From Camelus dromedarius (lineage: Eukaryota), in the NCBI RefSeq assembly GCF_036321535.1, contig NC_087437.1:39310001-39374000 (forward strand): a stretch of DNA of 64,000 nucleotides, read 5' to 3'. The translations under genes were made by a program, and so were the position numbers. The notes below the pieces were generated by a model. That model searched no databases, was not told the DNA's origin, and worked only from the letters and a program-made list of their open reading frames with translations. This document shows, in pieces, positions 54,801 through 64,000 of this stretch (position 1 is the first letter of the stretch; the number at the start of each line of letters is the position of its first letter).

Positions 54801-56326
54801 GCTAGCAAATAATTGTATTCTGCACACTTTGAATGATTTCTTAACCTTTTGTTTCTTTTTTGATACTGAGAAATGATTACTTTTCAGGTGTTGATTTTAC
54901 TCTGCTGTTTCTAAACAGGTAACTAACTTGACCTTTGGGGTTGAATTAAATAAATCAACAAATGGTTTCAAGGAACAAAAAAATTGCTGTTTAGCTAGAC
55001 TATTTTATTTTTGATACAAAAAATAATCACTTAGCTTAATTGATTTGAGATTCAAAAAATAACCAAAAAAAAATGTTGCATCACTTTATGTGTAGACTCA
55101 GTCCCCTCAGTTTCTTTCTCTAGGACTCATGTAGCTGGAGTATTGACTCAGATTTCCAGAAACCATTTGATACCTCAACCACTAATCTGTTTTCCAACTT
55201 CCCGTAACACACCAACCATAAACCAGGGCTGGCATTTCCTTTATGACACACTGTTGTAAAAAAGAAGACACGTATCTAAGGCAGAAATCAAAGAGTACTT
55301 GTAAAACAAAATAAAACAAAACCAACACATAAAAAACTATTAGAAGAACAATTTTAAGAGCGTTAAGCATCACCAAGCACCAGGAGGTGAGGTGTAGTAA
55401 CATGCCTTAACCTCTCTGAAGCCACCTTCAATTTGATTCTTAAAGTTACTGTAAAATAAATTGTGTTTAAATAATACATCTCCCATCCTTCCCAGCAGTG
55501 AGATGCATCTCCTTTACCAATCTGGTTCTCGGCAGGCGGTCCAGCCTGATGAAGTATTAGCAAAATGTCAGCTCCCATGGAGACGTGCTACCGAGAGGCA
55601 ACACTGAAGCAGAGACAGGACTTTCAAAACGCTATTGTGCAAATTCAGTTTTAAAATAGGGATGTGGTTGAGAACTGATGGCTGTGTCATTACCTATGCG
55701 TTCATCTCCCCATCACCTGCGGGAATGGGAGGGAGTCGTGCAGCGACGAAAGGGCTTTAAGTTGAGCACTGGTGGGTCCACTTGCTGCTCTTTCCCCTAC
55801 GCTTATCGCCTTCCACGATGTCTCACCTAGATCTTCTTAAAGAAGTTAGTCCTGTCGTTACTTTGTAGCCCTCAACGACCTACTCAGTGCCTTACAAAAT
55901 TCCACAGAGACTTTTGGGCACTAAAGACGCATCATCATTTTTGACTACTCTCTTCTGGATCCCACATACCCTAGTCATCCCCGCAAGCACCCTGTGCTTT
56001 TAAAATATGGCGCTATTATTCATTGCTCTTCTCTTAAAGAAATGTTCCTCCCTTCATTTTGTTGCCTATTAAAATCCCTCAGGGACTTTTATTTTCCAGT
56101 CTATGCAAACAAGCAAACAAAAACACTAAATCCCTGCCTTCCATAGCATTGCTCAGCACTTTGTATTATAATTGTCTGTTTATACATGATTAAAACCGTC
56201 ATTCATTGTTGTATTCCCCAGCTCTTGATTTACAAGGAATGCTCATTAAAAATTTGCTAGATTCAATTAAAGAACATTTTTGACAACTTAGTAAAGCAGT
56301 TTAGGATTAAAGTTTCATAGTAATAA

Positions 56327-56783
56327 TGTACCAAGTAAAAAGAGATATAAGAAACAGAGTTTTTGGTACTGAAAAATACTCAGGAGCCTACACTAAACTG
56401 GAGGGAATCACCAGGGCTTTTAAGATGGCAGCAGTGGTAAGAGGAGAAGGGAAGCCGAGGTGCAAGCCAGCACCACAGCTTCTTGGTCTCTACTCCATTT
56501 CTGAAAGCACTTCTCAGAAGCTTTTTTAAGAATGTGACAGACGACAAGGTGCAGAGTTGTTAGTTTTTATGGGCTCGGTAATTTCATATGCTAATGAGTA
56601 AGAGGATTACCCCAACTGTGTTGGGGGAGGGGGGAGGATTTCCAGGAAATGCCCTCCACTGCCTGCTTTTTGACCTTTTATGGTCAGCCTGGGAACCGTC
56701 ATGGCGCCTGTGGGTGCGCCATGAGGCTTAGGGTCTACCGGAAGTCGAATCTTCTGCCATCTTAGTTCTAACCAGTGTGTCCT
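56327..56783 (-). mobile_element. ERV1-type solo LTR
   Basis: TG...CA ends; ttcatatgctaatgagt, tttgacctttatggtcagcct-like and cccttccctcctgtctca motifs. Confidence 0.65.
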
Positions 56784-57653
56784 GTCCTCAGTTGCTGTGT
56801 CATTCCTTCAGTGGCTGTGCCCTGCCCCCTTCCCTCCTGTCTCAAAAGGATTTGATGACTAAGAACATCCAACACTGATGATTTTTTTTAAATGATTCTT
56901 TAGCTTCTTCCCAAAATTCTAGACTTATTTCTTTCTGTACTCACCTCCAATATACACAGTCCTTTCTCCTGAATATAGCAGGGCCACCTTAGAATAGTGA
57001 ATAAATGTCGCCGGCTCTTGGTTTTTGTAAACAAAAGGAAGGGGTTCAACTAGATAATCGGTAATATATAGTAATATTTGCATAATAATATATAATTCAA
57101 TGTGTAGTAAGTAACACTGCATGGTAAATATAGGCATATCCCATATAGTGATAATACATTACTCAAAGCTCATGGTAATTGAGCACCTGTTCTGTGTTCC
57201 CTGTGCTGTGCTTGTCATTCATTCACTCACCTAGTCCTCAGAACAACTGAGTTTGGTTCTATTACTATCCTCGTTTTATGAATGAGGATGCTGAATCTAG
57301 GTGGAATTAAGTAGCATGTCAGGAGTCATGTAATTAGTCATTGAAGACTAGATAATTGGTAAAGTTGATACAAGCACTAGATATCTAGAAAACTAGACTC
57401 TAGTTATTAATATTGTCATGTAGCTGCCTGCTTGTAAGAAAAAAGAAAGAAAATAGAGAATATTAGATTCCATAGAAAAACCTCAGTAGTCAAGAACTTT
57501 CATTAAGGTTATTCTTTTTTTTGGCCTCACATTTTTAGGTTGCAAAAAGAGTGACTGACACAGCCAAGAGCATTGTAGGGCTGTCAAGTGTCATAACAGC
57601 CTGTGCTCAATTTAATGACGGAGGGACGAGGTTTTTTGTTTATCTGCGTGCAC

Positions 57654-57782
57654 CTTGCCCAGTGTATTTCCACAGGCTATGCTGCCTGCTGCACCATATC
57701 AGCAATGAGAGTTCTCAGTGGGACCTTGATACCAGCCAGTGTACCTGCCTGTCCAGCTGGACTGAGCCTGCTGACAGATACT
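57654..57782 (+). pseudogene. Fossil EGF-laminin-like exon from a longer ancestral tail (CPVYFHRLCCLLHHISNESSQWDLDTSQCTCLSSWTEPADRY)
   Basis: Exactly 129 bp, phase 1-1. Residue spacing fits CPxGFHGxxCxxxCxCxxxxxCDxxTGQCTCLPGWTGxxC. The acceptor reads gcac instead of gcag; the donor is T|gtaaat. Confidence 0.65.
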
Positions 57783-60137
57783 GTAAATCAGAAGCTGATT
57801 ATAAGTCCTGTTCATCCTCTAACATAAATAATGACCCAAAGAACTTTCTTCGCATTTTGCACTTGCTGAGAGTCTCAATTCCTTTGTGTTTCTATAGAGT
57901 AATCTTAACTGCATTTAAAATTCTTTTTATGTGTTGGTAAATATATCTGGCTAGCTGTCTACAGTAATCCATGATTACTCTTGCTGCTCACTTCCAGAGC
58001 CCTAAACTCAATATCTGGCAGAGGACAAAATAAATTCTTATTTTGACACAGTGAGTCATCCAGAAGTTCTACCTTCCAGTACACACACCTTTCATATATA
58101 TACCCAGGCCCTTTGTGCATTACTAGTTTGGCTCATGGTCCACTGTATTTTGGAATTTTTATCTACTGTGATTGAATATTTAGTTTTACTTGTTTGACAT
58201 GTATTCATTCTAGGACTGTGATTCCTTAGTATTTAAACATAAGGGCCAGTATGACATGCAGAACACTTTATTTTCTAATTTGCTTTTTGATATGATTATG
58301 TCCAGATATCATTGTTTCCTTCACAAGCAAAGATCTTCTAAGTCCTGATCTTCTATCTTTCTCTACTTGCAACAAATACGTATTTATTCTGCCTAAGTTT
58401 CCTCATCTGTAAAGGGGGAGTAACAAAGGACCTATCTCACCAGATTCTTAGGCGGATTGAATAGGTTAATACAAATTATACCTTTGGAAGGTCCATATGG
58501 TGTAGATTATCTGGAGAATTTCGCCCAGTGCTTTGAAGGTGAGAGAGGTCTCAGGTCATAATACTCACTGAGTTTTAATTTTGTTTTTGTTTATTGAGAC
58601 TTCTATATCACTTGCCAGATGCTATATGGGATACTAAAAAAGATGTCTTCCTACCCTCAAGGAATTCATTCAAATTTAGTGATGAGAAAGGTGTATAAAC
58701 CACTGAATGTAATTATATTTTAGAAGAGGATGAGATAATAGATGTATGATAGGAAGTTGTGATTAATTCCATTAGGGGGAATCCCTGAAGGCTTCATTGA
58801 AGCGGGGAGATGTTTGCTGAACCTTAAAGGATGAGCAAAAACTTGAAGGGTGGGCTTGTATGAAGTTCATGCCAGGCAGGGTGACCAGCATGAGCAATGG
58901 CCTCATGGTGTGAAATGACAGGCATTCCTTTCTTAGGAGCATGACTGGATTTAGGTCTGGGTGTGATGGGAGATGAAGGTAAAAGGGGTATAATAAGAAT
59001 CAAAGGAGCCAAAGCCCTGTTTGCCACGTGGAAAATTTGGCCCTTCTTCTGGAGGTAATTAGGAGGGTCTAAACATTTTTGAGGAATAAATGAATGTGAT
59101 CTCAGCCACGATGTGCAGCACACCATCACATCTCTGCTCTGCTCAGCCTCCCTGTTGATTCATTTCCCCCTGTCCCTTTACGAGGTCTCAGAGATCCTAT
59201 GACTTTTCTAGTCACTCTCAGTCTTCGTTGCATAATCTGCTTAAAAAGCATAGTTCTGTCTTACCAAAACTTCCATTTTTAATCCAATGTAAAGCTTGTT
59301 TTCTTGCCTAGTCTTCCTTGCAGGCCTCACTCGAGCTCAGAAGTAGGGAATCGAGAAATGCTGGGCCTCTTCACTCCATCCTCACCCTGCTCTTGGCCTC
59401 CACCCCTTTCACTGTGGATCCCCTTCCAGCATGACCTCTATGGGGCCGGCAGATGTCCCTGGAAAGAAGCTCCTGTGCTTTGCTGGTGGAAGCACCTCTT
59501 TCTGGTCTCTCCTCTTCAAATGTGAGTCTGCTACCAGCTCACGAATCTCTCAGTTTCCAGGAGGCAGGTATCATACTCTCAAAGTAGTTCTCTCAATACC
59601 CTATACTTGGCTTAAGGTGAAGGGAAAGCTTTCCATGGAGTGGAGAGGAAGGCAGCCGACCTCCAACAACTCCAAAGATGCTGTCCAGGACAGCAGTGAG
59701 TTGCTGCAACCTGGGACCAGACTGCCTGCCTTCCTATCCTGGCTTCTCCACTTATGCTGTCTGTGACATTAAGTAAGTACTTAATAATCTCAGTTTTCTC
59801 ATCTGTAAAATGGGACTAATGAAGGATTTATCTAGTCAGATTCTTATAACCTATGGATAGGTTAATACATATTATAGGTTTGGACAGGCATTTAGCACAT
59901 AATCGATAAATTATAAGCTAAAAAACCTCTCTTCTTAAAGAAAATCTCTGCCAATCTTTAATTAACTCATTATATTCCCTCAAAGTGACTGAACAGATAA
60001 GTATCACAAAACTAGATTAATGCTTCCTTAACAAGACCTGAATACGTTGTATAGCACACCTTGACTTGAGGTCTCTTCTGCAAATCTGAGACAACAAAAA
60101 AATTCCATTTTGTAGCCTGCTATCTAGTCAATAATTT

Positions 60138-60535
60138 TTTTTTTGCTTTTCTTAATTTAACAAAAAATTTTATTCAAGTATAGTTGATTTATAATGGTTC
60201 CAGTGTACAGCAAAGTGACTCTGTTTTATATACATTATTTTTATATTATTTTTTAGATTCTTTTTCATTATAGGTTATTACAAGATATCAAATATACTTC
60301 CCTGTGCTATACAGTAGGAACTGTTGTTTATCTATTTTATGTATAGTAATGCATATCTGTGAATCCCAAATTCCTAATTTATCCCTCACTCCAATTTTCC
60401 CTTTTGGTTACCGTAAGTTTACTTTCTATGTCTGTGAGTCTATTCCTGTTTTGTCAATAAGTTCATTGGTTTCAGTTTTTTAGATTCCACATATAAGTGA
60501 TATCATCTGCATATGATATTTGTCTTTCTCTGTCT
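60138..60535 (-). mobile_element. 5'-truncated LINE-1 3' end with target-site duplication
   Basis: tatagttgattt...ccctgtgctatacagtagg...tagattccacatataagtgatatcat. Flanked by TCTAGTCAATAATTT at 60123-60137 and 60536-60550. Confidence 0.9.
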
Positions 60536-61000
60536 TCTAGTCAATAATTTTTTAACCCTCACGTTAACCTTGAGTGATAGGGACTAATATTACCTCTTTT
60601 CCATGTAGGGAAAGGGAGGCACAGAGAAGCAGAGTAGTTTGCATAAGGCCACGTGGTGAGTAAGGGAGGGTGTTAGGATTGGAACCCAAGTCACAGGTTT
60701 TAGTAAGTAGATAAGGAAAACGATAGATTACTGAGTTTGAAAATTATTTAGTAGGTATAGTTTGAGATGTGCTGAGTGGGACATACGTGAGCAGCACTGT
60801 TGGAAAATCAGGTCCTAAGAACTCAAAGGAGAGATGGGAGCTAGTAGTGTAGAAGTGAGAACCGTCACCAGAGAGATGGGTGGGTGAGATGAGTAAGGAG
60901 AAGATGCTAAAGGGCAAAGCCAGGAACTCGCTAACTTCCCTACACTTAGGGGAATCCAGGGAAAGGGAAACCAGTGAGTGAGATAAAGATTTACTTGGAG

Positions 61001-61306
61001 CAGATGTTACAAACTGGCAGCCTTAGAGCTGAATTTGACTTGTATTTTGAATGGCAGGCAAATTCTTTTCAAAATAATGTGATTCGATATTTAAAAAATC
61101 AGAAGATGTAGGAACTCTGGACCTATATTCCTCTGTATGGGCAAATGGCTCCGTTTAACGAGCTCACCCCTCTTTATGGGGGCAGGCACTCTCCCACTGG
61201 TCGTACACGCTCCCAACTCCCTGGGGATTCACCCGCTGAGACTCCACCTGCTTTCTCCTGGGGGTTACCTGCCTGGCTCTCCAAGGACCTGCATTTGTGA
61301 CTCCTG
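61001..61306. mobile_element. Non-autonomous hAT-type DNA transposon
   Basis: Imperfect terminal inverted repeats cagatgttacaaa...tttgtgactcctg and a caaactggcagcc start. Confidence 0.5.
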
Positions 61307-64000
61307 CCTTAGAAAGATGGGAAAAGGTGGAAAGGAAATAGGAGAACTCAACGATACTATTCCAGAGAAAGATGACTTTCAAGAAGAAAAGGATAATCAC
61401 TGTCCCATATGCTGCTTTAAGAAGGCAAAGAAAAAGATGGAGGACAAGCATAGGATTTATGATTTAGGACAGTAATTTTTGAAAAAAACATGACATGCAA
61501 TTTGGGAAGAAAAATGAATGGTAGATGAGGAAATTAAAATAGCCCTTGTAGACTACCTTCCCAGAAAGCTCAACAAGGAAGGAAACAAAATGGTTAACCC
61601 ATTTTTTTCCCTCTGTCAACAGAATGTTTAAAATATTCTTGCCTCTTCAAGATGTGTTATCCCTTCTGGTCATCCGCCTACATCATTTTCCTGTTGATGA
61701 ATCTTATTCATTCTTGATCTCTCTCACTAATGAAGGTCAGGCCCAATGTAGTTATGATAGAAAAGATTTGAAATCCCTGAGAGCTATTCATGTTGAAATG
61801 AAATCAAATACTTGGAAATTTGCTCTCACGTGAAACTTGCAAGGAACATATTTAAATAACTGTGCTGATAGATACCTGGAGAAACACATAGCTTTTAAAA
61901 CTCATTAAATTTTTCTATTGTCAAGTTTCAACTTCTTCTCCCTCTTCCTCCCTCTCTTTCACATTCACACACATACAATATTTATATCATGTATCCTGAC
62001 ACAATTTTTTTTGACATTTTAATGTCTCTGAAATTAGGGAGTCTTAAAAACTGATAGCACAGCAGTACATAATTATACTGTAACTTTCTAACATAGTCTG
62101 TTTTCCAGGAACACATTGAAGGAAAGTGCCTGTTACTACATTACAAATAATTTCTATCTCCCAGGCCCAAACATAGATGGAATATGAAGGGAAAAAAATC
62201 AAATGAAATATGTGTATTAATTTTCAAACAGTTTGAAGTGGCTCAATTTTAAATGCCTGACGGATCATAATAGTTATTTCCAAGTTGGAATAAATAACTG
62301 CCTGTTGGCTTCAGAGACAATAGTGATGCTCAGGCTGAGATATGTGTATTTGCTTTTTTTCTATAATAATAATGACAGGCCCAAGACACTGGGGGAAAAA
62401 AAAAATCCTTCTGCTATTTTAAGATACTGTCTATCTCACTAACTGTGTTTTCGTGCCATCATTAATCAATTGTCTGAACAGAGAGAAGAAAGGGAAGGAA
62501 GCCTGCAGACCACTTAATGTGCCTCACTTTAGCACAGCAGCAAAGAGCTCAGACTTCCTGGATGCCTACCTTTGTGAGTCTCCACACAATTAATGTGTTT
62601 CGGAAGCTCGAGCTGAAACTTTTCAAACCTTTAGGAAGAAGATCTGTAATATCACTGAATTGCCTATGAATTCTTACAAGGATGATGTGTGTTAGCTATT
62701 ACTAGGAAATTATATTTCATTATATTGTAGAATCTGAACTGTCCCCATTGTATGTTGCTAAATTTTTATTTAAATTTTAAGAGAATGCAAAATGGTAGTG
62801 CTAGCATGCCCTTCTATAGTGTACTTAGAAGTGTACATGTTTATAACAAACTAAATGTGACGAAGCAGTCTGATGACTCTAATAATCATATCATGATCAA
62901 AACCGTTTAACATTTTTATGCTTTACAAGCATTTTTCACCTCCATTATCTTGTTCAAACTTGGAAATTATCTAAGGGGAAACAATGATGTCTACTTCAAT
63001 ATTACAATACTGTTGAAACGGTAAAGAAGCCAATTCAAATTATATTTAGTCTCTTAAATTATTATTGCCATCAGTCTTGAATTATGTGTTCTTTGTGGTT
63101 CTAACATGAAGTCTTAATATTGCACTGTCTTGGATGTTATAGTCTTTTTTTCTATTCTATTTTAGATTTTTGAAAATGAAAAGTAAGACAATTCTGGTTG
63201 AAAACATATGAAAAGACTAGATGATAAATAGTTTTAAGAAATGCCCTGCAAACGTTTGCACAAGCCAGACTTCGTAAAGTGGCACATTCCACACACTTAG
63301 TATTCAAGTCCATTATCCACCTGACAAGATAGTAAAATATCCTACTCATCTGTTCAGGGCTAATTTTTCAAATTTTAATAATTTTATTATTAGTCCCTAG
63401 CAAGGCCTTTTAAAACTTTGCAAAGAATATTAATAACTCATTAAAGATTAATTATGTGTCAACTTTGAGGTCAAAGAGTTTGAGTGTGTTTTAGTTATCT
63501 GAGTTAAAATGTATCTGCTCTGGAAAGAACACACAGTGTAAGATGCTCTGCCTTTCTCACCAACTTCAAGTTCTTATTTATTAAACACATACATGTAGAC
63601 ATTAACTCAGAGGTCTTTGACAACAATTAAGTGAGAAAATGATGGCCATGTACATACTAGTCAAGAAATTTGGTACGGAGGGCTGTCCTCCAAGGAAGAC
63701 AGGTGACCTCTGGAACCTTGTGTGACTTGGTTTGCTAACTGGAGAATCAGTCCAAGATATGCCAGTTATGATGAAGTCTTCCTCACAGTCTAAAATCCGC
63801 ATCTTGTTTTCATGGAGCGTAACCATAGCATTTAGTTGAGTAGGAGTTTGGGAATAAGATGATCAATGAAAAATAGATATCTAAATGGGGAATAGAGGAC
63901 TTTTGAGATATGAATAGAAAAGGGAGATGAGGAAGAGAAGACAGGTCTTAAAGGAGTTGGTGTCAGTTCTTAAATAATTCTGGTTTTGATGGCTTCATAG

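Noticed and set aside
61137..61475. 112-aa ORF with CICDSC and HCPICC motifs
   Set aside because: It overlaps a DNA-transposon remnant and adjacent repeat-like sequence, with no exon structure or EGF spacing.
1..64000. miR-551b hairpin, known to be intronic in human EGFEM1P
   Set aside because: I did not see the mature sequence GCGACCCATACTTGGTTTCAG; it probably lies outside this window.
1..64000. CRISPR array, operon or prokaryotic defence system
   Set aside because: This is mammalian intron-rich DNA with no repeat-spacer arrays or long ORFs.

Overview
AT-rich placental-mammal genomic DNA, probably a camelid (inferred from a Vic-1-like tRNA-derived SINE at ~2983-3117). None of the listed six-frame ORFs is an independent gene. 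The window holds the middle and 3' part of a + strand multi-exon gene made of symmetric phase 1-1 EGF-like exons that are colinear with MEGF6. I identify it as the MEGF6 paralogue EGFEM1 (EGF-like and EMI domain containing 1), with the 5' EMI-domain exons outside the window. Eleven well-preserved exons (26662-51333) carry a nonsense codon, several frameshifts and lost EGF cysteines, so the locus appears to be a unitary pseudogene here. A second, much more decayed set of fossil exons lies at MEGF6-expected positions (4299-4416, ~49895, ~50840, 57654-57782 and weaker candidates at 52-59.5 kb). This suggests the gene shrank stepwise by exon loss before it finally died. The rest is intron containing L1, L2, MIR, ERVL/MaLR/ERV1 LTRs, hAT DNA transposons and microsatellites, plus a probable L1 3' transduction and a few candidate enhancer-like elements. 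Protein and repeat-family comparisons are from recalled sequences, not database searches. I found no evidence of a novel multi-gene system.
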